The notes under the pieces were generated by a model, which searched no databases, was not told the DNA's origin, and saw only the letters and a program-made list of their open reading frames with translations. Source: the human T2T-CHM13v2.0 reference genome, Homo sapiens. Taken from it: a stretch of 64,000 nt of DNA. The DNA is taken from assembly GCF_009914755.1 (NCBI RefSeq), contig NC_060932.1, one strand, 5' to 3'. The translations under genes and the position numbers were made by a program. Shown here piece by piece: positions 1 through 13,590 of this stretch (the stretch's first letter is position 1; each line of letters opens with the position of its first letter).

Positions 1-174
1 TTTATATAAAGCTCTAACAGGCATTACTGTTAGCGTTACTTTATATATAAAAAACAGCCAGTGGAATTTTAAATAGCTTGCCTAAAGATAAACAGTTAAT
101 GGTTCCAATACTTGAACCTGAGCCTATACTCTTTACCACTATGACGTGCTGCCTTCTAATAAATTTATAATGCC

Positions 175-1490
<1,316 letters not shown>

Positions 1491-2517
1491 CCCATTTTTC
1501 TTATAAGGAAATTGAGCCTCAGGTTAAATAAAATTGCCCACACAATAAATGCTGGGGCTGGACTTTGAACCTAATCAATTTGGTTCTTGAGTGTACACTC
1601 CCAACTATTTTCTGTTTACTTCTTATATTATACAGTTATACAGAAGTGAGAAGGTGAAATACAAGTTGGGGAGGCACCAAGACATCAAAGGAATGAAGCA
1701 CAAGATGCAAGTTCAGAATATAGTAGTAGAGATGGTGAGAGTTTCATTCTGTATTGGTCCTCTCTGTCCTCACTCCTTGTTCTCCTCTCCTTAGGCATTC
1801 TGGTTTTCTATATGGTTTTCTCTTACCCCATCAAAAATCTACCTTCAAAATAGGAGCAGCAAAATCCATTCATATTGAAGTCTGGGGACTGGGAGTTAGT
1901 TATTTCTTCTGGGTCTAATGGTAAGAGAACACATTAGAGGAAAATTTTAGATTCCAGAGTATTTCAGGCATATAGAGATTATGTTTGTTAAGCACGAAAC
2001 TCATAGATTACAAAATAATACATTTAAAGAGGTGAGTAAAGAAAATGCCATGGTAGCAGTTTAGAGTGGCAAGAAATGATGGTGTTATGAAGTCATAGCA
2101 ATTGTAACTTGTTATAGACACTAACGATTAAATATCCTGAAACATCTTCTGTTCTAACTTGAGTGAAAATGCCCATTTATTCACTTGCCAATTTTAGGAT
2201 TCAACCTGAAGCCAAATAAGAAACTAAGAAATCCCTTTTAATAGTTGATAAGTCAGCTAATTGAAGTTTATGTGGAGTGGTTGTAGAGTCTTCCTCAATA
2301 ATAACACAAAGAAGAGATCTTAGCATATGATCAGACATGATTATAACACTGAAGGAAGAGTTAGTGTTGTTAAAATTCCATATGATATATAGCATTAATA
2401 TCTTGACATATGGCTGGTTTTTTTTAGTTTTCAATAAAAATAGCAATAAATAATTTAAATATATGTCAAAATTAATTATTAAGCCTTGTGTAATGAGCGC
2501 CATTTTTAAAACACACA

Positions 2518-3010
2518 TTTTTATTGTGGCAAAATATGCATAACCTACAATTTACAATTTTAACCATTTTTAAGTGTACACTCCATTGGCACTAAATACA
2601 TTCACATTATTGTTCCATCATTGTCTCTAACCTCCAGAACTTTTTCATCATTCCAAACTGAAACTCTATGTCCATTAAACAATAACTCCATATTCCCCCA
2701 GAACCCTACCAACCTTGGTAAACATCATTCTACTTTCTATCTGTATGGATTTGACTACGTCAGGTACCTCATATAGGTGGAATCCTACAATATTTGTCCT
2801 CTTGTGCCTGGCATATTTTATTCAGCGTGATATCTTCAAGGTGTCAGAAGGTAGAATGTGTCAGAATTTCCTTCATTTTCAGGGTTAAGTCATATTCCGC
2901 TGTATGTATATGTATCACTTTTGGTAATCCATTCACATGTTGATGGACATCTAAGTTGTTTCCACTTTTTGGCTATTGTGACTAATGCTGTTATAAACAT
3001 TGGTGTGCAA
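2518..3010 (-). mobile_element. L1 3' end fragment (L1MB/L1MA-type)
   Basis: 'ttttaaccatttttaagtgtaca', 'ttgtttccactttttggctattgtgactaatgctgttataaacattggtgtgcaa'. Confidence 0.85.
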
Positions 3011-3160
3011 AGCTTTCATGTATATCTATATATGATTTGAGTACCTAAAACAAAATCTTTTAGATAAGACAAACTAATAAGACATTAGAAATCTAATACT
3101 TGGTGTTAACTGGGATGCCATACCTGGTGAAATTTTTGAATCATTTGGAAGTATCCGTTA

Positions 3161-3293
3161 TAGAGTGACCACACAATTTATCATCCAAACCAGGATAGTC
3201 TTGACAATAAAAATAATATGACTAATATTTACCTAGACAAAATCGGCACAAAACAGAACTATCCCAGGCAAACCAGGTCATGTGGCCACCTTA
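3161..3293. mobile_element. Short non-autonomous hAT-Blackjack element (MER94-like)
   Basis: About 133 bp with terminal inverted repeats TAGAGTGACCAC...GTGGCCACCTTA and internal 'aatttatcatccaaaccagga' and 'tcccaggcaaaccagg'. Confidence 0.7.
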
Positions 3294-6200
3294 TCCCTTT
3301 GAAAGGCAGTTTAATAAATAGAATCTTTTGTTTCCAGGTACTGGAATCTGTCATTTGAAAATATTGTATTTAATTTCACTGGAAATTGTGGTCAAATTTT
3401 CAGATTAGGAAGTGTATTAGTAGTTTTAAACCTCTGGGATTCCATTTAGTGAGATGAAGTCAAACCCGTCTATTTCCCTTAAGTTAACCATTTAATACTG
3501 TCCTTTGATATTATTTAAAGAAATGATAATTATTAACAGAGGTGGCACCAAGCGATAGGTCTAGGTGAACCCATTGTTTTCTATTGCTAGCACTTTTGTC
3601 AGTAATTATCTCAGATTCTCCATGAGAAGAGAATAATTGGACACAATAAAAATGAATTTTGTACTTTGGGTTCTTTTCTTTCTCTGACATAGGTCCAACC
3701 AACCAATGCATATAGTTAATCACTTCTAAAGGGAATTAATTTTGTCTGGATCTCAAGACTTTTCCCTTCATTCATCAGAAGCAGAAATTCAGACATTCTG
3801 GCATCCCATTGATCCTGGTAGCAAATTAGATCCCCCCTTCCTTGGATATCCAAAGTCTAGGGGGACACTGATTATATCTATGTAATTAGTACTTCAAGGC
3901 CAAATGGAAATAGAAGAAAGAACCAAGCCCCAACAATTTTATTCCTTTGATAAATTATCAAGATAGGTGGGAAACTGTTTAGATAAGTGGGATGTTTGAA
4001 ATCTAAAACCTTTATCTGAGTACTTGATTAACACTTTGTTTGTTGGGGGAATAGAGAGTATTAGGTGTAACTGCGCCAAAGGAAAGGAAATCACCTTGAT
4101 AAATCAACATAAGGGAGAAAGCTAGGTTGGATTTAAGTAGCCATTCAGTTAATAATTAGGTATAATTTATAATGAACAAATTGATTGTTTTATATATTAT
4201 AGTTCACTCTCTTTGCTCTGACATATGCCACATTTATGTCTCAGATGAGTTTTTTTGAAAAAATAGATCCCTTTGTTATAGAACCCCATAAAGAAGCAAA
4301 TTAGTGTTTCCGCAGAGGAACATATCAGAATTCTCACAAGGAGGACAGAGACTACAAAGAGCTTCTTTTCAGGTTAGGCCAGATTTTGCAGACAAATAAG
4401 GGAGTACCAATATTACGGAAAACTTTTAGTTTTCAGTAATTTTAGATTTCAGATATGTAGATGAGAGATTGAAGGCCTATGATGGTATTTATTTTTAGAT
4501 TTATAAAGATAATATATAAAAATAATAGTAACATATTGTAGAGCTTCTAGAAAATCCAAAAAAAAAAAAGATAAAAAGAAAAATCACCTGCCTTTCAGAG
4601 AATGCTTTCTAGCTGTTTGGATCTCTCTTTTTTAACATAATTGAGATTGTACAATACATGCAGTCTCACAGTTTGCTTTATTCTGTTAACATCAGATATT
4701 CTAAAGGGTATTTTTGAAACAAACTCATTAGAAAAACTGACAGAAAGACAGCAGACCTAGAAGAGGCAGCTCTGCTAGTCAATAATGGAAGATGTGGAAG
4801 ACTATTGCTACAAGAATTTCTGAGCTTTTTGTAAAGAGTCATTGAGCTTAAGTCTAGATCAAATTTTAAAGTTATAAAGCATATGATGTTGTATGGATTT
4901 TTTAAGTGCAGAAAATTCTTAAGCACCATTTTAATCAGGCTTCCCAGCTTTTTTCCTTCTTTGGTGGTATTGCTAATGAGAACACAGTTCTTAATTTGAG
5001 GTTATATTGTCTTATCCAATGTCTATTGAAGGAAAAAATGTTATTTTAGGATTTCCAAGCTATGTTGTTTGCCTTTCTCTTTTTGTAGGTCTTATACTTG
5101 CTAACTCAAAGATTTACTATGAGAAAAAGTGTGTAATGTGATCTCTGAAAGAAACACTAAGTGTTTAAAATGCACCAGAAATCTCAAAATCCCTTTTTTA
5201 ATGTAGTATTAGACAGCTTCATTGAAGAGAAAAATAACTGGCCTTTAGAAGCAGTGTTTTAAAAATTATGGTTTCCAGTATTTTCCACGATTGCACACTG
5301 TGGCATCATGGAAATTCCATGATTTCTTGAGATTCTAAGTGAATGAAAAGAAGCCGGTTTAGTGGCTAAGCTTACTTTATGTGTAATCTATTAAATCGTG
5401 TCTAACTTCCTGGTCCATCCACCTGCTGTATTCCATTCTATATCTATATTAGACTGGAAACATTAACAAATGGTGAAAGCATAAAATATGTAAAGTGCAT
5501 GAAGCACTCAGGACTGTCAAAATTATTTCTTTCATATATATGTCACCATGCTGGCTTTTAGGAAAAATATAGCTAAATATAAGTGTAATTGTTTCTTCCT
5601 TATGTTTCATTGAGTTCTATCATAAAACAAACAATCAACTTTGAAATGTACTTAAAGTTCTACTTCTTTTTCTTTCTTTTATAGCCTTTGGTTCATGTAT
5701 ACCTGATTGAGAGAGGTGTAATTTTTCAGAACGTATAAGTTTAAGTATTAAAATACTAAAAGGTATGTTTATGATTTAGAAAAAGAACAATCCATAAGCG
5801 TATTTTTCCCCTTTACTTATTGATGAGTTTTTGTCTCATTGAGTCGTCAGAAAACATTGTGTTTATTGGAATTTCATACATTACACTTCGGTGTGGGCCG
5901 GAAGGAAAGCTACCACATATGGTCCTTCATTCCTGGGATTACGATCAGTCAACCATGGTTATAAATGGCTTTGGTTGTAGAGAATCTTAGTGAGAAGGTA
6001 AACATGTATGCATAATGTCTAAAATTAGAGGAAGCAAAATAATGACCAAGGCATTTTGGTTTTATCAATAATATTGCAGTCTTTAGTTTAAACAAAAATA
6101 TTTTCTGCTATTATGATTAAGTAAGCTAAAGAAAGTTATAGCTTTTGCTAAAAACATACATAAGGATATTGGCAAGAGCACAGGAAATAAACAAAATCCA

Positions 6201-6559
6201 TCTAGATTTATCAAAATTATGTGAGAATGATGTTTGACAAGGATGTCTGGATTAAACTGAAGCCTAATCTCCAACATTTAAAGCATGTAGCTAGTTATTT
6301 TTTATTTTTATTAACATTTACATTGTTGAAAAAATGTTTATTAATGTGGAGTGAGGATAGGATCCCTTGTTAAGGGATGGGTAAGATAGAAAGGTAGGAG
6401 ACATTCAAAAAGTATGGTTTTCTCAAACCCAGAAGAGTTGGGAAAACAAGTACTGGAATTCTCCTCCAATTACACTTCAAACCTGCTAAAAATTCAACAG
6501 GTGAATAGTTGCCTCAGATCTGCTTACCCAGAGCAAACGCCACTTAATCCAATATGATG

Positions 6560-6800
6560 ATAATAATAATTACATAATTGCTATGTGCCAGGCACTGCTT
6601 TATCCACTTTAAATAGTGACTCATTTTGTCTTTAAAACTGCTCAGTGAGGGAGTACTATTACTATCTTCACTCTACAGATGAAGAACAGAGGTTCAGAAA
6701 ACTTCACTGGCCTGTTCAAATCACACAGCCAGTTGACTACAAAATCAACAGATGAAGCCCAGGCAGTGTAGCTCCAGAATTATGGCTCCTAATCTCTGTT
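6560..6800 (-). mobile_element. MIR
   Basis: 'tatgtgccaggcactg...tacagatgaagaacagaggttcaga' antisense MIR core. Confidence 0.75.
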
Positions 6801-7287
6801 GTGTAGTCTGAGATTCTCATGTAATCTACACCATAGCTCAGGATCAGAATGTAGAAACTGGATCCCTGCAGAAGGAAAAAATGATGAAATTCATAAATAA
6901 AGGATCTTGAAAGAATGTCTTATGTTATTGTGGTGTGATATATTTTGAACACACTTCACTATAAGCTTGTGAAAGAGGAAGGTAAGACATGGCTAATCCA
7001 CTTTGTAAGTGAGGAACAGATACAGTGTGCAGTGAAAGGTAGAGTGATTTTTCCCAAAAGGTCATACAGGTAGTACTTATGCAATGTGGAGCAGATTAAT
7101 TATGTTTTAACATTAATTTTTTAAATATTGAATAGATCTATAATTATCTTTTTTATTATATCAGTTTGGATCACATTTCTTTGGAGAATAGGCAGCTATC
7201 ACCCATGACTATGGTTATAGTAATTTTAAAGCAGTATATTCTTATAAAACACAATTAACCAAAAATCAAGTGCTCATCATTGAATCG

Positions 7288-7436
7288 CCTTCTCTTCTCT
7301 TCTCTTTTCTCTTCTCTTCTCTCTCTTCTCTTCTCTTCTCCTCTTCTCTTCTCTTCTCTCCCCTTCCCTCCCCTCCCGTCCCCTCCCCTCCCCTCTCCTT
7401 CTCTCCCCTCCTCTCCTGTCCTCTCCTCTTCTCTTC
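7288..7436. repeat. About 150-bp polypyrimidine microsatellite (CTTCT/CCCCT units)
   Basis: Read directly; almost purely C/T. Confidence 0.97.
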
Positions 7437-8112
7437 ATCGAATCACCTTTCTCTTTTAGGTACTGCAAAGTCTGGGAATTCAGATAGCCTTTTGTCAAAT
7501 GTCGTTGTCAGATAATGATAGTAATCTAGATGAGTTTTTATAATCTTTGGCACCATCTTCATAAAGTACATAAATCAGGAGAACGTATAAGCACCACGTG
7601 AGCAATCTCTTTCCAAACTCATGCTCTTTGCTGGGCCTGTAATGGTAGCATCTATGCTAAAAACTAGCATTAAAACATTTTGTAGAAGCCTAAGACCTAA
7701 ATGTTTCAAATATTTAAAATATATTACTTAAAATCATTCACAGTCAAGTATCTTGAGGCTTTTATGTTTTTTGATTAGTCTCTTAATTATCAAAGAGTTT
7801 TCTTGATTTGCATACTTTATGGAGATGTTGATGGAAAACTACTCTAAACACAATTTTAAAATATTCAGATTTGTATAATATTAAAGCTCGAAGAGCCTAG
7901 AAAGCTTCAGAAATGACCTTTTATTTGGTAGGCCAAAATATGTCTGAGATCAGAAAAACTCAAGGAATCATACATGAAAGATTCCACAGCTGCTTTCAGA
8001 ACATTACCTTTATATGTAGACTGCTTGCTGCTTTATTTATTTTCCAGGATATATCAATAGGTAGTTGTAAATGTTTGAACATTACAATGTCATGAACCCA
8101 GTAGAATAATGC

Positions 8113-8246
8113 AGGTTCAGATATGGCATGACTTGCTCAGAGTGGCTTAGCCAATAGGTACCAAACTGCACTCAAATCCAGTGTTGTGGACTTCACTTCA
8201 TAACAATATGCTACTTCAATTTATATATTAAACCAAAAGTGTCCAA
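8113..8246 (+). repeat. 134-bp direct copy of 10161-10294
   Basis: Manual ungapped alignment, 6 mismatches in 134 bp. Confidence 0.95.
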
Positions 8247-8272
8247 GTTTCCCTTTAAAACTAGAATTTACT

Positions 8273-8595
8273 GGCTGGGTGCAGTGGCTCACATCTGTAA
8301 TCCCAGCACTTTGGGAGGCTGAAGTGGGTGGATCACCTGAGGTCAGGAGTTTGAGACCAGCCTGGCCAACATAGCGAAACCACATCTCTACTAAAAATAC
8401 AAAAATTAGGTGGGCGTGGTGGCATGCACCTGTAATCCCAGCTACTCAGGAGGCTGAGGCAGGAGAATCACTTGAATCTGGGAGGCGGAGGATGCAGTGA
8501 GCTGAGATTGTGCCACTGCACTCCGGCCTGGGTGACAGAGTGAGACGCTGTCTCAAAAATAAATAAATAAATAAATAAACAAACAAACAAACAAA
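8273..8595 (+). mobile_element. Alu, AluSx/Sz-like, with (TAAA)n(CAAA)n tail
   Basis: Full dimeric Alu; perfect 11-bp TSD tagaatttact at 8262-8272 and 8596-8606. Confidence 0.96.
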
Positions 8596-9337
8596 TAGAA
8601 TTTACTTTTATTTTGTGGTGGCTTGAGCAAAAGTCATTTCCAATGTGAGGCTTAAATATTGAAGGTGTTCTCTGGAACACAGTAATTATGAGAAGGAGTT
8701 CAGAAATGATACTTACAAAAATATATTTTGAGGAAAAACAAAATAAAAGAGTCTTGATTCCTAATCATTTTGTAATTTATCCCTTATCATTACTCTTGAT
8801 TTCTTAATTCCTTATTGAAAGTGGTATATGGCTTATTTTTAAACTAGTATACTGATTTTAAAATACACTTTTTTGAAAAATCACTTAAATATTTTAGAAA
8901 ATTTCTTATGCCAAGTGGGGTACTCCAAAAGTAAAAAATCTATATTTCTGAAAACTGTTAGCTTTCATTAGTATTTGGCAGTCTAAGAGGGTGTCTTTTG
9001 TAAGTGTACATCACTCGGCATAATGGATTCTTGATAAGGTAGACCCAAATTAAGTTTGGGTAAATCAGAAAAAAGAAATTCTCACAAATACCCACATTGA
9101 GTTATAGAAAATGAAATATTTACAAACTGAATAAATATCACTTATGTGTTTGTTTTACTTGTAGTCTTTTTGAGTATTTTAAGTTTTCTTTAAAATAAGT
9201 TAAGCAATTATTTAAAAAGATGTATATAAACCTTTAGTTCCACTTGCCTATTTGACTAAGAAAAAATTCAATATCATACTTTTTTTGAGGTACCATATGC
9301 TAAAATTCAATCTGAATATAAAATTTTTTAAAGAAAG

Positions 9338-10070
9338 AATCAACCTGTTTCTGAGTGACTTCTGGGTAAACAATGAAATTAAGGCAGAAATCAATAAATT
9401 CTTTGAAACTAACATGAGAAAAAGATACAACATATCAAAATATCTGGGACAGCCAAAGCAGTGTTGAGTGGGGAGTTTATACCACTAAACATCCACATCA
9501 AAAAGTTAGAAAGATTTCAAATTAACCTAACATCACAATTAGAGGAACTAGATAACCAAGAGTAAACCAGCCCCAGGTCTAACAGAAGACAAGAAAATAA
9601 TCAAAACTAGAGCTGAAGTGAAGGAAGTTGAGGCATGAAAACCATACAAAAGATCAGTGAATTCATGAGCTGGCTATTTGGAAGAATTAATAAGATAGGT
9701 AGACCACTAGCTAGGCTAATAAAGAAAAAAAGAGAAAGTTTAAATAAACACAATCAGAAATGACAAAGGGGGCATTACCACCGACCCCACAGAAATACAG
9801 AAAACCCTCAGAGACTGTTATAAGCACCAATATGCGCATAAGCTAGAAAACATAGAAGAAATTGATAAATTCCTGGAAACATATAACTTCTCAATATTGA
9901 ACCAGGAAGAGATTGAATCTCTGAACAGACCAATAACAAGTTCTGAAATGGAATAAAAATTAAAAAGCCTACCAACCAGAAAAAAACCAGGATCAGACAG
10001 ATGCATAGCTGAATTCCACCTTCCTTGTATAAGGAAGAACTGGTATCATTCCTATTGAAACTATTCCAAA
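9338..10070 (+). mobile_element. Internal L1 ORF2 fragment (older L1PA/L1PB-type), disrupted
   Basis: Encodes L1 ORF2-like 'DFWVNNEIKAEINKFFETN'; 'cattaccaccgaccccacagaaataca', 'gaaccaggaagagattgaatctctgaacagaccaataacaag'. No 3' end or polyA. Confidence 0.92.
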
Positions 10071-10104
10071 GAATTTTCTAAAACTTGATTATAAACATTT
10101 AGAA

Positions 10105-10250
10105 ATTAAGACTTCATAGATTATCTAATCTCTACCTTTATTTTGTAGATGGGGAAACTGAGGTTCAGATATGGCATGACTTGCTCAGAGTCACTTAGCC
10201 AATAGGTTCCAAACTGCACTGAAATCCAGTGTTGTGGACTTCACTCCATA
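10105..10250 (-). mobile_element. MIR fragment
   Basis: 'ttttgtagatggggaaactgaggttcaga...tgacttgctcagagtcac'. Confidence 0.75.
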
Positions 10251-10281
10251 ACAATATGCTACTTCAATTTATATATTAAAC

Positions 10282-10378
10282 CAAAAGGGTCCAATCTTTC
10301 AGCTTCCATGGGCCACATTGGGAGAAGAATTGTCTTGGGCCACACATAAAATACACCAACACTAACAATAGCTGATGT

Positions 10379-10426
<48 letters not shown>

Positions 10427-10535
10427 AAAATCTCATAATGTTTTAAGAAAGTTTTTGAATTTGTGTTGGGCCATGTTCAAAGTTGTCCTGGGCCACATGC
10501 AGTCTGTGGGCCGTGGGTTGGATTGGACAAGCTTG
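10282..10535 (+). mobile_element. MER30 (hAT-Charlie) with internal A42 run
   Basis: TIRs caaaagggtccaa / ttggacaagcttg; body 'gggccacacataaaatacaccaacactaac'; 8-bp TSD tattaaac (10274-10281) / tattatac (10536-10543). Confidence 0.9.
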
Positions 10536-11304
10536 TATTATACTGTCTTAGGGTTTTCACAAAGATTCAGAGAAATTCACAACTCCTGCCCTATAATTTT
10601 TATTACCAACTATACAGTGGGGTAAAAACTATAAATTGAACTGTCATTCATGCCCACATGAATTAGTGAAGACTTTCTGCAACTTAATTAAAACACTTCC
10701 ACTTTCTCAGCATCATTATATCTAGAATCATGAGTAACATAGCAATTCAGCATTCCTGACATTGAATATTAAGTGTAATGATTAAAGAGAACAAACCATG
10801 AGCTTTCTCATATTGTGTTGAAATTTTTCTTTTCAATTGGTCCTTGTATATAAACACAGATACACCAAAAGGGAAAAATAGTCAAATACTATTGAATAAA
10901 TAAAACAAATTCCATGAAAATATCAAATTGAGATGTTGAATTAGAATGAAACAAGAATTCGAGGTCAGCAGCAACAGTTTGTCCAACTTTTTCTGTCCTG
11001 AAAGCGCCTTGTATAGTGATCTTGGCTTGCTGAATATCATTGTGATACAATTCAAGTGAAGTTGGCACATGCCAACTCAGGTGGAATCCTAAGGTCCCTC
11101 TCATGTCTTGAGATGCACCATTGGCTAATTCTTCATGCTCAGGAAAATACAGCAAAAGCACACACAGAAAGATGAGTCCTGTGTCTTGGTAGGATAAAGT
11201 CAGAGAAGAGGTAGAGAAAATTCTGGGGGATGTCCCTAGAGAATATGATCATACATTAAGTAATCTTTACATTGATTTAATCTTTACACTGATGGCTAGC
11301 TCTG

Positions 11305-11775
11305 TTCTACGAAAAGACACTTGCATTCATTTGTCTGTCAAAGTACTATTCACATAGAATCAACCAAGGCACACATCAGTGGTGGATTGGATAAAGAAAG
11401 TGCGGTTCATGTACTCCATGGACTACTATGCAGTCATCAAAAGGAACAAAATCATGTCCTTTGCAGCAGTATGGATGCAGCTGGAGGCCATTACCCTAAG
11501 TGAATTAACGCAGGAACAGGAAACCAAATACTGCATGTTCTCATTTATAAGTGGGAGCTAAAACTGTGTACTCATGGAAATAAAGATGGCAATGATAGAT
11601 ACTGGGGACTACAAGAGGTGGTAGGGAGGAAGTGGGGAGGGCATGGGCTGAAATGCTAACTGAGTACTATGCTCACTACCTGAGTGATGGGATCAGTTGG
11701 ACCCCAAACCTCAGCGTTATGCAATATATGCATGTAATACACTTGTACTTGTACCCCCTGAACCTACAATGAACG
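11305..11775 (+). mobile_element. L1 3' end (L1PB/L1MA-type)
   Basis: 'ggatgcagctggaggccattaccctaagtgaattaac', 'catgttctcatttataagtgggagctaaa'. Confidence 0.9.
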
Positions 11776-11947
11776 TAGTTTCAATCTCACAGTGAACTAT
11801 GTTTGAAAATGTTCAAGAAAATATCAAAGTGTCCTTCCATTGAAAGGAATAACTAGCACACACACAAAAATAAAATTGCAAGCTTGTTAGCCTCAAATAA
11901 ATTAACTGGCAGATTTCATTTTGTCTGTTCTTCATTGTTTGAATATA

Positions 11948-12311
11948 CAGTAATCCCCCTTATCTTTGGGGGATATGTTCCAAGTCCCCCAGTGGATACA
12001 TGAAACCACAGATAGTACTCAACCCTGTGTATACTATGTTTTTCCTGTGGGATAACAGACATGGCTACTATGTGGAAAACGGATAAGTGGTCTGTGCAGA
12101 TTAAGTATGCTGGACAAAAGGATGATTCATGTCTCCAGTTGGCACAAAGCTAGATGGCACAAAATTTCATCATGTTACTCAGAACAACACACAATTTAAA
12201 ACTTATGAATTGTTTATTTCTGGAATTTTTCATTTAATATTTTTGGGTCACAGTTGGCCACGAGTAACTAAAACCACAGAAAGCAAAACTGTGGATAAGC
12301 AGGAACTACAG
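11948..12311 (-). mobile_element. MER44 (TcMar-Tigger)
   Basis: TIRs cagtaatcccccttatc / gataagcaggaactacag flanked by TA; 'aaaacttatgaattgtttatttctggaattttt'. Confidence 0.85.
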
Positions 12312-12338
12312 TACTAGAAGTCTTAAGAAAAGGAAACC

Positions 12339-12704
<366 letters not shown>

Positions 12705-12959
12705 TCATTGAATCATAGGTTTGCCTTGGCCTTTTCCCCAACACAGTTTGTACTTTCACCTGGAGCAGCAAGATGTAGATACAGGACCCAGCTGTTGCTG
12801 TGAACTGATTATACAAGTTTCCACTTATCTCAGCCTTAGTATGAATATTTCGCACTCTGCGATGTGATTTTGGAGTTATTGCAATCTTAACCAAATTTTA
12901 AAAATCATGGCTTAGATCAGGTGATAAATAATCCTAATGCACCCAGCCTTCGTTAGAAC

Positions 12960-13590
12960 GATTCCTGGAGTTTTGCACATAGTTCTAGGCACTACTTTAT
13001 AAGAATGTAATTGAAAAGTGCTCATGACCTTTCTCGTTGTACCATTCATCTCATTTTAAATTATCATGCTTAAAGTGTTTGCCTTTCTTAGCAGACTTTA
13101 ATCTCCATGAATGAAAGTGCTGGGTTTTTCATTCATCTGCATATCTCCAGTGCCTGGCATGTAGTAGGTGCTTAAGTAATATTTATTGAATGAATAAAGA
13201 TGGAAACTAAAATAATGAAAGTTAGGGAAACTGTGTACACAGGAAGTGGCTGAATCGGGGATGTTTCTGGAGAAAGGACTGCCTTAGGTGGGGGATATAA
13301 ACGTCATCTTCAAATATTTGAAAGGACCATGAATGGAAGAGGGATTTTTTAATTTTATGTTATTCCAGGGAGAAATATAAAGATCTGTTACTGGGTTAAA
13401 CTACTGGTAAGTGTTTTGGTTCAGGAGAACTTAAAAATAAATTAGAGTGTTCACACATGAGCAAAGCCCTTGCAAAGTATCAAGCTCTCTGTCACCAGTA
13501 GTGTTCACAGAGAGATGAGATAAACATTGCAGTGATGGGTGATAGAGCAAATTCTTTCATCTGTTGGAGGGTAAGCATGCTGCCTTTGAA
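12960..13590 (+). mobile_element. L3/CR1 3' fragment with an L2 3' end (about 13040-13200) inside it
   Basis: CR1-like 'gtcatcttcaaatatttgaaagg' and 'gctctctgtcaccagtagtgttca'; L2 tail 'gtgcctggcatgtagtaggtgcttaagtaatatttattgaatgaat'. Confidence 0.55.

Noticed and set aside
7270-7515. Low-complexity ORFs here and at 55763-56721
   Set aside because: Translations of microsatellites.
10889-11161. 90-aa minus-strand ORF in unique sequence
   Set aside because: Non-ATG start, no recognisable homology and no convincing splice signals.
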